From contig NC_134028.1 in NCBI RefSeq assembly GCF_964204645.1, forward strand, positions 2,108,001 through 2,172,000: DNA of 64,000 nt, read 5' to 3'. Both the position numbers and the translations under genes were made by a program. Numbering within the stretch: the stretch's first letter is position 1; every line of letters begins with the position of its first letter. The stretch is from Tubulanus polymorphus. Lineage: Eukaryota > Animalia > Nemertea. This document shows positions 12,786-25,809 of the stretch, in pieces. The notes under the pieces were generated by a model, which had not been told where the DNA came from, did not search any database, and saw only the letters and a program-made list of their open reading frames with translations.

Positions 12786-15265
12786 TTAAAGATTTTCTTC
12801 TAATTTTAATCTGATCAAAATTCATGATTCATGAGCATGATTCATTGAGGTCACTCAGTTCACTGTCCCATTCGGTTTATTCGATGTGTAAATAAAGTTC
12901 ATATAATTTGTCACAATTTACCGTCGCTTAAGCAAGACGCATGAGTCGTAATAATGATGTATGGCGGAAATCCCATGCACTGTGATTTATCACAGGTTTA
13001 TTTCCCGTTTTGATAATTATCCTTTGCTCGGAAATAAAACCTGAAAACCGAGTGTGATGCGAAAGTAAGTTACGCCACATGTGGAGGGCGCGTGCGCGAC
13101 AGACATTTTGTGTTTTGAGGTGAAGGAATAAGGTCTGTCCAAGGTCACAGTCTTAGCAATTTGTTAATTGATAAAATAAATGCGATTTATCCAGACGTCT
13201 AGACGATATCGGGGTAAAATGCATAGCGATCTCTAAGGTTTAATTCTATGATTCGTGTCTATTGCGACTATGCGATCAAAAACAGACCCTTTACGTATCA
13301 TATTATTTTTCTTCCCATCAAAATATTTCAAACATTGGCATTTCTTATAAACAGTTACCGGCATCTCGTTGATTAGACCTGGGATTGCATTTCATATTTT
13401 CCCCCGGTCTTAAACTTGTCGCTTAGCTCAGCTGGTATCAATTTGGTGCATAGGTCACACCATCAACTGCTAAAGTCCGTATTAAGATGATAGTATGTAA
13501 ATGGGTTCAACGTTCGTCCTTTTTTGTTGAAAAACAAGTCAGGTTTTTATGAGAGTTTTTTCATTATCTGATATGGCGTCTTGTGGCTGGGGAGTAGTCT
13601 TCCCTATGCGTATGTCGATCTGTTGCCAAAAGCCAAATCACGAAAACGTTGCTTCGATACTAGATTTCTTTTGATGGCGAGAAAAACCGCCATCGCGAAA
13701 TGAAATGGTATCGATCTTTATTTTGCCCTCTGGTTTCTCAAGTTTTCTTTGAAAATCGTCAAAATTTCGCTCACATATGTCTCAAAATTTATATTTGACA
13801 TTGGTCATAAACTATAACAAAAAAATCGAGATGAGACTTTTGTGTCTGTATAAACGATTTGATTTACCATACTCGAGAGACATCTTAAAAAAGCTTAATG
13901 CAATTTCAAGGAGCCACAATCTTAATGTTTTAGCGATTGTTTGGACTGAAAGCCCGCAAAGCGATCGCCGCCATCTGTAGCGAAAGTGACAAATATTAAT
14001 CAAACCTTTCTCAAACCTTGAACGTGAGTTCAATAAACTGATATTCTGAGCCTATTCGCTCGCATTTTCAAAGGAATCAAACAATCCTTTGATAACACGA
14101 TAACTAGAGAGATTAAAATGCCCGTTGGGTTGGTGTGGTGTCTCTAACAACTACACTGCCGTATATCAATCATAACAGAAAATAATGGATATTAGAAATA
14201 ATTCTATCATAAGCAACTATCATTTTACAAATAACAGGTCATAACCGTGTGATTTTAATAATCAAAGCTTAGAGATTTTGCAGAAAAAGGAAACTCACGA
14301 CAAACCATCAATAATAATGCACTTTCTAGAAGTTTTAATGAAAGCTAAATTGATACGATGAACGAGTATTCATCTTCCTCGATATATCGGCATTTTGTGT
14401 TTCCTCGAGTTTTTGAGTAACATTCTGGTGCACTCGTTGAAAGAATATTTGGTGCAGAAATGGTTTCAGTTCAAGTAAAATTACGAGTGAACTTACGAGA
14501 CGGCTCTGTCAGTACTCGACAGGGGCAAGTTATATTTAATGCATCATTGGCTTTTGTAAATCTACTCATGTCGGTTTTTTGGTATCATCTCGATGGGGGA
14601 ATTCGACTGAATCGCTTATTTTTTTCGAAAATACCGATTCGGGTTAACAACAATGTCGCATTAGAGCATCGTCAACGTTTATGGTTGCTGCTATCGTCGA
14701 CGTGGAGAGTCGCATTAGGAGATAAATCCCGGCGCGTGTCGATCAAACACAAAAGCAAGTCCTGATAAACTGCTGACACGCTGATAAAAGTCAATTAACT
14801 GCCTTAATGACGAAAATCATCAATTTTCCTGCAGCCATTAGCGACTCGTTTAATCAAATTTTAATGCAACTGAAGAGCGCGTATGCGGTGTGAGAATTAG
14901 GGCATTGTTAGGACATTGAGATTATTATGAAATATGACTTAATGTTTGTGTATTTACATTACACTCGTCAAACCAACTATAATTTTACATTTCAGCGTTT
15001 TATGAAGTAAAGCCCGTGCAGTTGAATCGTGCTCAACAAAGGTGATGCTGCAAGCGTGTAGGCATCATAACTATTCTAAAACACATTTCGACCGTGTCAA
15101 AGATGCTAAATAACCATTCAAAATATAAATTTCATCCCATCCGGTATGGCGTCACGAGTTACGGTTACATAAGCTATTGGCAACGAAAGCAGCGCAAAAT
15201 GCGCTGAGTTTGCCGCGCACCTGAGTGAACTTAGCGCTGCAGTGAAAATGGTCAAACACAGATAT

Positions 15266-15385
15266 CATCCTCCCTCGGATTCGAACCTGATGGCAACGAG
15301 ACTCGTCATGATACGAAACCGTGCCACACTAACCCGTTTTATTTCAGCCCGGGTTTTCTAGTTATGGTTCATCCGTGATTTTGAC
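15266..15385. mobile_element. Decayed, internally deleted relative of MITE family A
   Basis: catcctccctcggattcgaacctgatggcaacgag...cccgttttatttcagcccggg matches the end and interior of the 27187 copy. Confidence 0.65.
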
Positions 15386-16222
15386 GCCGCGCACCAGGCG
15401 TACATCAGAATGATGCTTCCCTGATTTCAGAGTTGATAAGATTTTTCGTTGTCGCATTCGTTATTCCTGACGTCGTTTTGGGTTTTATCAGTTAATTCTA
15501 TTAAACGCGGCTCATAAGTGCCGGGTATCTGTTAGATCTGATATGAGTTAAAACCCGCACAGATCGGGATTCCGTCGTGGTACGATTCCTAAGTGATGAG
15601 ATTGGCGCGCTAGGTGCGCATTGGAATAACACTACGGTTCATTACACACACGCATGCGGAAACACAAGCGCCGCAACCTCGCGTAGCCGTGAGGGGAATA
15701 TAATCCACAAACCCAAATCAATAAGGTCCGGATAAGAGACTCACATATGGCTGATTTCCAGGATAAATTACCCGCGAGGTGTGAAAGCTGAAGATGCATG
15801 GATGGATAGCTTTTAATCCATAAATACTTATACTATATACACGACTTAGTGTATATCAAAATAATTGACCGGGGTTACGGGTTCAAGTATACATATATGT
15901 CGCCAATGGTGCTGACGGATTGGTAGATATGTATAAAGAGAATTCTCAGTCATTCGGAAGTTTAAATCATACAAGCAGAACAAGTTTTCATAAAGAAAGT
16001 TTGCGGAGTAAATGAAGTTTTATTTACGTCAATGATATCTATATTCTGGAGATTGTTGATTCGAGTATTTTGTATATGAGTGATTTGATTCATTTCTTTT
16101 TGAAGGGACAAAAGGAAGAAAAACGGAATGAAACGGAGTAATTTCTGTATTCGATGAGGCAGTAAAATGTTCTCTTCCTTTCAACCACGATCTCCTGTTA
16201 AATGATTACTCCAGGTTTCATT

Positions 16223-16448
16223 CATCCTCGCTTGCCAGAGTTCGATGGCCTCCGGTGGAAACTCACGCCGACACAAACCCTGGCCGCCCAAGATTTCTTT
16301 GGCGGACGGGTTGGTTAGATAGCCGCTTAGCGGTAACCTGCCCGCCCGAGAAATGTTGGGCAATGTATTAGATCAACGAAGGGTTAGCGGCCAGGGTTTG
16401 TTGGCGTGAGCTTTGTCGCGGGCAATCAAACCCTGGTAAGTGAGGATG
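16223..16448. mobile_element. MITE family B, CATCCTC...GAGGATG termini, 9-bp TSD
   Basis: TIRs of about 65 bp (catcctcgcttgccag...aaaccctggccgc / gcggccagggttt...gtaagtgaggatg). Perfect TSD ggtttcatt (16214-16222, 16449-16457). Confidence 0.88.
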
Positions 16449-17149
16449 GGTTTCATTAAGCTGTCTAGCAATTGGGTTAAGACATACAGATTAAGATGAG
16501 CATTATATATGTATTGTGTCTCATTTCTACTTGATTAGATTCTTCGCAAGGAAAGCTTCTATTAACAACCGAACGTAAATAACATTAACCATTAACGATA
16601 GTTTGCGGAAATTGAGAACTTTTAAGCCTTCCGATGTTAACGAGAAAAAAACATCTAAAAGCGATCGTCCGGATCCAGTACGATAACAGGAATATTGAAT
16701 CGATGCGCGCGGATCAATGGCTATTAAACTGTGACATCGACATATACGAACGAGTTCTCAGCCACAAATCAACCTGAACAAAATCTAATCAATTGAATGC
16801 TGGATTTGGAATCATCTATCGATAATCAAATAGCGACATCGTCGTGATTTCTCGCGTTAACTTGTCAAAATTTCCCCGAGATTTCTGAAACCTCGCGTGA
16901 TTTTTAGGAAATAATCAATTCTTAATGAGTTGGAAAATTGAAACGCTAGAAATTCTAGTTTTCAAGTGCAATTCGAAATGGTTAGTATTCATTTAAATGA
17001 ATGTGAAGTTTGATGAGGATCGATTTTGTACGTTGAAGTGGAATTATGAAATAGATTTCGCTTTGGAGTCAAAAAGTGCAAAACCTCTATTTTAAGACGT
17101 GTGTTTTGAGTCGAGCAACCATGTTTACCATTTGAACTACCATTATCGC

Positions 17150-17340
17150 AGATAGTCGACTATTTGCGAAATGTTAGTCGAAATTATGGTCCGACAACAA
17201 TGGCGAACAACGTATCTGAGCACAGTCGCTGTAGTCCGAACCTATTTCCAAGATGGCCGACGCTGTGTAATACGTAGACTGCGTTCGATTATTACGTAGC
17301 TCCGACCACTAGTCGACTAATTACGAAATCCGTAGAAGTT
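17150..17340. mobile_element. Decayed MITE family C copy
   Basis: ctgagcacagtcgctgtagtccgaacctatttccaagatggccgac and actagtcgact match 11267-11360. Confidence 0.55.
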
Positions 17341-17742
17341 TACCTTAGCTTCCGAGTATTTGAATCCGAAGCGAACAAGAGCCGGAACAAACCAAAACGA
17401 CAACTTTTAATTAGTAGCGATCAATTTGGTAGATATAAAAATAGGCGAAAACGCATTCTGTAGGAGACAGGTGCAGGCGACTGTTTGAATCGGTGGTAAG
17501 ATCCGTCAGGGCGCAATGAGTGAAGTTACAAATTACGAATTAATATTGTCTCAAAATGACAAAATGTCTGAAGACTTTCAGTTGCTGAATTGATAATGAG
17601 ACTCCGAAAGAAGGTTTTTAACGCAGTCGGAGAATGCTATAGGTCTAGGTCTCCGGGGCGAATCGAGTTAAGGCGTATGTATCATAATGTGACCTCAAAA
17701 CATTGGAAATTATATTCGATTATCGGCACAAAGTACAGCTAT

Positions 17743-17845
17743 CGACACCATATGCTTCGTACCACTGGGCCATACGACACCATACGCACCGTACCGCTGG
17801 GCCATACGACACCATGCGCACCGTACCGCTGATGGGCCCTACGAC
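17743..17845. repeat. Tandem repeat, ~3 x 32 bp
   Basis: cgacaccatacgcaccgtaccgctgggccata units. Confidence 0.8.
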
Positions 17846-20800
17846 AAAATGAAATCTGAATAATCAGATTGAGTGAATTCAATTATCTCATAATTTATCT
17901 TTACGCAAAAGATGTTTCTAATGTACTCGCGTGCTGGGTGAAGATATTTTACGACCGTAAAAATAATAACTTCAGGGCGATTCGACTATAAAACTAATCG
18001 TTCAGATTAAATACTCGTAGTTTATTACAACATTCATAAAATGTTCGCATTCGTCAATAAAGCGACGGCGACTGGCGCTGGACGGCAGTAAAACTACAGC
18101 GAATGGCCCCGATGTGGCTGTACGGGAACCGGTTGATGGTCGCCACGACGGAATCTATAGCGAACAGTTAAAGCTTCGTTAGACATAACGTGTTTACGTG
18201 ACATTATTAGCGAATAGCGAGAATCGTCGCAGTCGATCCGTCGAACGCAACGGACGCAGACCAGAAAAAAATTGGACCTTGGTCTTTTTGTTCATTCGCG
18301 TGAACTCAGTCGCAGTTATGGACGGGGTCCACTCACGTTTGAAGTCATTTGTATGACAAAATAAGTCGACAAATCCAAAATATAGAAAATGGGCCAACTC
18401 TGTGTTATGTTGTGTCTTGTAAGCCTAGGCTGGCATTATTTGTGAAGATGATGTTATCATAAACTCATATATAATATCAAAAATTCATAGTCTTTATGAA
18501 TTTTTGATAGATTGATTAGCTTTGTCTTGTGTGTGCCCTGATGACGCATGGGTGAAATATGTTCCCATGAAGATTCTTTGTATGGATATGCCCGCCTTGG
18601 CATTCGCGGTATAGAAATCAAGAAATAAAAGATGAGCGGGCTATTTTATTATCTAGAGTGAAAGAAAAAGACATCATGGATAAATAAATCGTTTGCCTAC
18701 AACATTATTTGATATGCCGAATCGAATCGTTATCAGCGAAAAAAGCCATCGGCTACAGATTTTATGGCGAAAATATAATGACAGATGAAAGTTATACTCG
18801 TAAAGGCCAATGATTTATATGTGACACCATTTCTGTTCGCCGTTTCGTCCATGAATTATGTATGATGACTACGGCGTGTTTTGTCTGTGCGTTATTTTTT
18901 CTACCGGTATCTTGAGAATTGGCGCTATAACCCATCATCAATCCGCCATCATTCACGGTGAACATGTTCTGACCGCGAGCTATAGTTGATCGTCTGACGT
19001 AGCGAGGCCGCGCCGTGCGGTCGTTTTCGATTTGTTAAAACATCGGAATTGTCAAATGAAAAACGCGTCAGTCATTCGTCTAACACGGTTGTAGCGGACG
19101 TGTCCTTATTTGTCAATTGATCTTTCAATCTTTGGAATAAGCTGTGATCAAATTCATCGTTAGATAGTATATGGAATATTCGAGCGACGTGTCATTGTCA
19201 GTATCTATCAACGATCTTTGCGTGGAATGCCGCAATCATTTAGGTTTAGTAGTAGAAAAAAAATCGAATGCGGAACGCCGTTCACGAGTAACTTCGGAGA
19301 TTGTGCGTTTGCAATTCAAGATGAAGCAATACGTATAAAAGGAGAAAAAAAACAATTTTACGACCATTTCTGAACGGTGAAGATATAATACCACATCGAG
19401 TGAAAATTACTTTCCCTTGAACTTAGTGGAAGCAAATGCTCATCGATTGGGGACATTAAGAGTTGTTGGTGTTTTGATGAATGGCTGCGTTTATGGTTCC
19501 CCATCTTTCCGCTTTACATAACAATTAATCGTCTGGTCATTTATGAACCGTGCTGAGTAAACTGCTAAGCGTCTCTTTCGGCACCATTTTCTTCGTCTTC
19601 TCTAATTGTATTCCTCAGGTGGCGACACGTGAATTATGCCTCGACGCGCAATAGCCGCGTGCGCGTTTCAGCTATTCGTACAGATATTTTTCTTGTCAAT
19701 GTGAAAATAAGCTGATAACTCGTGACGGGATAAGATTTAGGCTTGAACAACCCTGCGACCGCTGCATCGCTACAGCTGTTGTTGACGAATAGGCTTTTAT
19801 TTTTCGTCGCATGAAATCTACACGGGGTTCCGGGTCTCGCTGCGCGTGTTGCACTTAGCAGTTCCTGGAGTTTGTTGCGCCCTTCGGATATATGATCCTT
19901 GTAAAACAATATAAAGGTGATCGTATCACAGCACATTACATAAAGCGAGATAGAGAGATAGAAAGAGAGAGAAAGCGCTAATACGAAATGAAACGACTCG
20001 GTGTGCGCCGCTTACTTCTCAAACAACTATAACAATACATTCCTTACTCATGCTACACATTTCACCGATATATATCTTAAGGATGATTTCCACTTGAAAA
20101 AGATAATTTCCCCTTAATAGGAAATCAAAAACAAGACTCAAGTCTTTCGCTTTTACGAAGAGGAAAGGGAAAAATTCAATACGTGCATTGAGTCCAAAAT
20201 GACAGGTTCGTCTATTACGATGTAATGGAGTATAAGTGATAATGCACGCGTATCTCCTGTCATTAGATTTAAAGGATTTTACAGCTCAAGCAAGTTCCGC
20301 ATCGCATTAATCCTTATTCATTGTAAGATCGACACTGATTTTATCTCGTGAGCTCAGCAGACGCAATAACGATCATTCGCAGCAGCTGTTAATTGATTTC
20401 AATAAATCATGAGAAGAGTTGCTTTATAGTAAACGTTTCAATTTACAACTGAGCGTTTCCAGTTCATTTCCCCATCGAATATTTTTTGTAACGAAAGGAT
20501 TTACCCACTCTGATTAATCCCTAAAAAATCCCGTTCTATTTCATGACGCGAGATCGAGCGTGACGAAATAGAACTTAACAGTTTTTCAGGTATTACGCGT
20601 AACGAAGCTTCCCGTGTTAACGTGACACCAAGAATCAGAGAGCTGTGTCTGGTTTCAAAATCAGATTGAGGCATTGAGTCTAAACGTAAAGTAAAAAGAA
20701 ATAGTTTCCGAAAGATCAAAATATTTGGATTTGTTTATGAACGTCAAGAAATTCCAAGCAATGATTGCTTAAACGGACAATTTGGTTACTGCAAAAAGCA

Positions 20801-22275
20801 TAATCGAAAGAACATTTTCTGAGAGGCTTCAATGATCCGTGAAACACATCAGTCGAACATAAGCACATTCTACTTGTAAATGGTAATAACGAGATGATGA
20901 AAACTTGTTAATATGCTTTTAATATCAAATGGAAAACTCGTGTTTTATCATGAAAGCACAGTATTTTGCGACCGCAGACGTTCTTCACACGTCGATTTGA
21001 GGAGCATCTGGAATTCAACAGCAGATGTAATACTTTATTTCTAATGAATATCTAATCAGGTTACAAGCACACTTAGCGTGATTGCTATCGATTAATGATA
21101 GTTTTCGTTATTGCTTTTTTCTGAATACGTCTATAGAAACAGTTCGCAAGACGTGTCTATTGGCTTCGTTTAGTAAACAAACATATTCTTCCGTTAAACG
21201 AAGGCAATTTGTAGGAGGAAATAATTGTTTCTGATATTGATAAGAAAAATCCAAACGAACGTTCTAATTTCAACGTTGAACTACGTAAAACTATATAGAC
21301 ATCCCAAATCTTTGGTTGAATCTAGAGCACTGTGTCCCAGGTCAAGTTGACGCGTAATCAGATTTTGAAATGTTGAGCCTCTCGCGGCAAATCTAGTTAT
21401 GCTTGAGAAAGCTGATGTGTTCTGAGGATGACGGAGATACGTCGTAATTGACCCAATTATTTTCTCGAAACTGTCACTTGTCATCCTGTATCCGACGCGT
21501 CAGCTTAATTAATGATTTAAAAACTAGATTTCCTACTTTACGATACACATCGGGAACCAGTTATTTTTCTGATTTCTGAAGAGCTGCGTGTTTCGCCACA
21601 TTAATTAAAAGTTTCAGGCCGCGGTTATGGATTTTCGATGCACCGCGGATCTCAGCCGAAACGACGGTTTTCGGTATACTGACATTTGCAGAAAAACTCT
21701 CTTACTTCCGGCTACTTCGTGGAAACGCGTTCTATTTTTGCTGCGGGTTTCTAATTATTGCACAATCGTTGTCTAATAGAAGCTACGAGGAATCGTTCAA
21801 CCAGGTGTTAAAACCACAGCGACGCAAAACTCATTCTACTCACTTCACTACAAGGCCATCCTCGGGGAACGATTTTAATTTGGTTTTTTTTTCACACGCA
21901 GTCTTTCAGTCTTTATCAAGCGGTGGCGTCGGTTCCGTTGAGAAAACGAATCTCATCGGTCGATTTTTTAATTCATTAATGCAAGCCTTCCGAGACTACA
22001 AAAATCAAAAGTAGGCCTATTTTTTACGCATACGCCGATGCAGATCTATACATTCGATTTATGCCAGCGTTCTTCAATTAAAACTTGATTAGATTCTGAG
22101 AGGAATTTCTGAGAAAGTCAATTTTACTTTCTAATCAAGCCCTGTCCTGGATGGTTTAATGGTGCGAAGTAAACGGGGTAAAAAGATTTATATCAGACGT
22201 TGATTTTTGTCGAAAACGCTCGAAATAATCGTTTGTATTTGGAAATCGGGTCCACAACATTGAGAAATCTCCTCG

Positions 22276-22333
22276 TAGAAGGGTGTTGCTGATCATAAAT
22301 GGAAGACCATTTATGATCAGCAACACCCTTCTA
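22276..22333. repeat. Perfect 27-bp-stem hairpin with 4-nt loop
   Basis: tagaagggtgttgctgatcataaatgg-aaga-ccatttatgatcagcaacacccttcta. Confidence 0.92.
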
Positions 22334-25300
22334 GCATTTTCCTTAATACCAGGTCGACAACCTCTCATCATGACGACTCGAACGTTTCTCGTAAGGGTCA
22401 TCTCACGAAAATCGACTTGAACCAGGGAAATCAGACCTGAATCTGCAGTAAATTATTGATGGCGGACATCCGATCCACGTCAGGAAGCAGCGCCAGAAGT
22501 ACCACCATACTGGTGGTTGAATAATTAATCCTTACCGCTCGTGAAATTCAGTTGGAACTTTATCCAATCTGCGTTCGATTCGTGGGTTCGATTTGATGAG
22601 GTCATTAATTTACGCTGCCAGTCAAGATAGATCTGAAACTAAACTAATATAGCCGCAAAGCAGTGATAACAGGTTTTCGGCATAGCTACATCCTTCACGT
22701 TCGAACTGAAGGAGATAATAGAAAAAAACGTCAGAGAAACTGATATCGTTACTGGTACCACTACGTCGGCCTATTGTGATCCTGAAAATAAATTATGAAA
22801 TTACGGGGTTCGAACTAATGGGATTCATAAGGCGTAGGATTAATAAGGTAAACTATATAGGGAAAGGAGTTCTCAAAACTCAAGGCGTTGAAAGCCCGAT
22901 TTGAACAAATTTTCTGTGACAAATTCGTACATATATACATATAGACATATATACATAGGTAGAATAAATGAATAACGATTCTACGACTCCATATACGTTC
23001 TAAATCTCCACCACGATGAACTCGATATTACTTGAGAGCGATAGAAAAGCCACGATACGGCACGGCTATGAAAGATGGAACATCCCTGTATGAAGATTTA
23101 TAGATTTCGCCTTATCTCTGTTGATACGGTCGATTTGTCGTAGAGGTTAATCTTAATGACTGCGGTCAATATTTGATATCGTACATGTATATCATCGACT
23201 TATTAGATTATCGCGGTTCAGTTGTTATTCACTTATTAAGAATGCCGTTCCGACGACAATAAGCTTCTCGGACGAGAAAGTGATCCATGATCTGAACTGG
23301 GGAACATATTGCGTAGGGTGTTACCGTCGATTTGGGCTATTAATCGATTCATTCTCCGCGGGAACTGTCCGCAATAATCCTGAATCCTATCAATATCATC
23401 GAAATCGCTGAATCGGTGGAGATTAGTGCTATACGAGCCGTAGCTTTGGCTTAATCAGTCATTACGTAGAGCACTAGATGGTGCTAGATGTTCCATCACC
23501 GATCGGTACGAAATGGAAAACACACCTGATAATGGAAAAGATAAATCCACTTTGACCGTTAGCAAAGAATGCCACCGACGTAAGCGTTGCCTTAATCTAT
23601 ATTGTCATTTAGAGCCGGTATTGCGAGAGGCCCGAGGACACGGGATGGCAGATAACGGCTTTAGCATCGAGTAATTACAGAACAAAACTTGTTACCGCTC
23701 TTCGCAAATTTTACCTATTACCAACCAGCAGGAGATAAAATGTGCATTACCTCATCATGGAATAGACACACATAACGCAGACGCACTGAGTATTCAACTT
23801 GCGCCACTACCAATGCAAATGAACGGTTCCGATGAGGAATTAGCTAGAAACCACGTTGAAACTCAAACATATGCTACTTTCATCCGTAACACGTATCAAT
23901 ATGATATTGTAACGGGTTTTCGGTGTCAAAAAACCAAGTTGGTTTGCACTTTACGTACTAATAATCGTTAACCAAGATATATAATCGCAAGCTTATTTAT
24001 CTAACCTGTGTGACAGTAATAAACTAGGAGAACAGACGGCGAGATGCAGAGAGCATCGTAACGGTAATCTATTGTCATTATTGTAACTGTCAGCTGGTGG
24101 TTGTTTAAAGCCATAAATCAGCTATCGCTAAGCGGCCGGAATTATATGTCTTCTATGACAATTAGCGGACAAACACAACGGTAAATATCTCCAATACAGG
24201 AAACCTATAATTTCTACTCGACGGTAAAGCGACTAAGCTCAAGGTTTTGCCCGAGATCTTTACTTTCGTTACTGCTTATACCTATTCTTATAAGCAAGTT
24301 TATTGGCAGTGATGATCCGTTTAGTCCATGGTTTCAGGACTCGGTGGCTGGATAGCAGCGTGAAAAAACTTATGCCTTAATAGTTTTCCAAGGGACTGAG
24401 ATCAAATACTATTCAAACACTGGCTATATTCAAATATAATCTAAAACGATATCTTTAATCGAAATGAATTTATTCTGGTTAATGTCGGCCGGGTATTTTC
24501 GATGACTGCGTTCGTTAATGGTTATTCACTTAACAGATCGGGTGTTCGCCAAAGATATCTAATTAATTGCCTTCGATGATGACGGAATTGGGGCGGATGG
24601 ACTTGAATTCAAAATTCAAGGACCGGATATAAAAATCAGGGACCAATCAAGAGGCGAGTTAAACCAGGTTATCTGTGCAATTAGCGCGGAAGCTGAAAAG
24701 TGCAATCGGTGCATCATCATCATCGGATTCAATTCGAACAGACGAATCGAAGAGGTCGTTAATTGTCAATCAATTAAATCACTTCCGACATGGGACAAGG
24801 TCGTACTGCGTTAAATCTGAATAGATTTGAATCCAAATTGAATTTGCATCACTGGCGCAATGTCTCGACTTAATCTCTTCTTAAACTAAATCTTTCGCTT
24901 GACCACGCTTTATTAATACCCCTAAAAACTATCGATTTTGATTATCGACGTATGGGCTATCATTACAAGAGCGAATCATCAGAAAATCATTAATTTGAAT
25001 TACAATCTTATTTTCCGTTGACATTTAGATAAATGACTGGTTACGTGCTCGATGAAGAGTACGTTTGAACTGACTGTCAGTTGAAATTAATCACCTGTTT
25101 GATTTTTGACCAAACAAGAAGCCGATGCCTCTTTTCATTCTCCTGACGATTCTCTTTACCGATCTTCATCTGTCAGCGAATCTACACATGGCTTTCGCGT
25201 GACGGTAGAGGTTTATTCGTGACTCGCAGATCCGAGAGTATGAACGATCTGAAATTCTGCAGGTCTAGCTAGAGCGTATTTGGCGGTCGATGACTTTCTT

Positions 25301-25809
25301 CCGATCTTTTTCACTAGCTCTGCCAATGGCAAACACTTTTCATTCTTACACATGTGCTCTGTTTACCCCCCAAAAAACTGGAAAAATTACGAAAAGCTCA
25401 CGAAGATTCATTTTTGTGAGTCACCGCTATATTGACGTTTTCGCAGTTAGCAGTGTCAAGAAAAAGATACTAGGTGCAAATATGAAGATATTCTGCGATG
25501 GATAAAGAATGCCTTAAACGTGTCTCACGAATGGCACTTAAAAAATCTTAAATGCAAGAAAGAGAGCAAAAATCCAAAAACGACTTTTAAAGATAATTCA
25601 TGAGGCAAGATTTCCTGAGTATACTGAATCTAATGAGTTATTGTGTGTGTGTGGTTTAGAATACCAGGTACACTGGGAATTAGTGTTGATTCTTAGTATG
25701 TGCCTTTCTAAAAAGTTACCCTATTATCATTGGTGAGGTAGTCAGAATAGGATGCCTCTGAATTATATCATTCTATGATTTTTTCAGAACTGAATATTTT
25801 CATTTGCAG

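Noticed and set aside
456-25505. Short ORFs from the six-frame track as standalone genes
   Set aside because: No recognisable domains or coherent splice structure, except two that overlap decayed LINE fragments.
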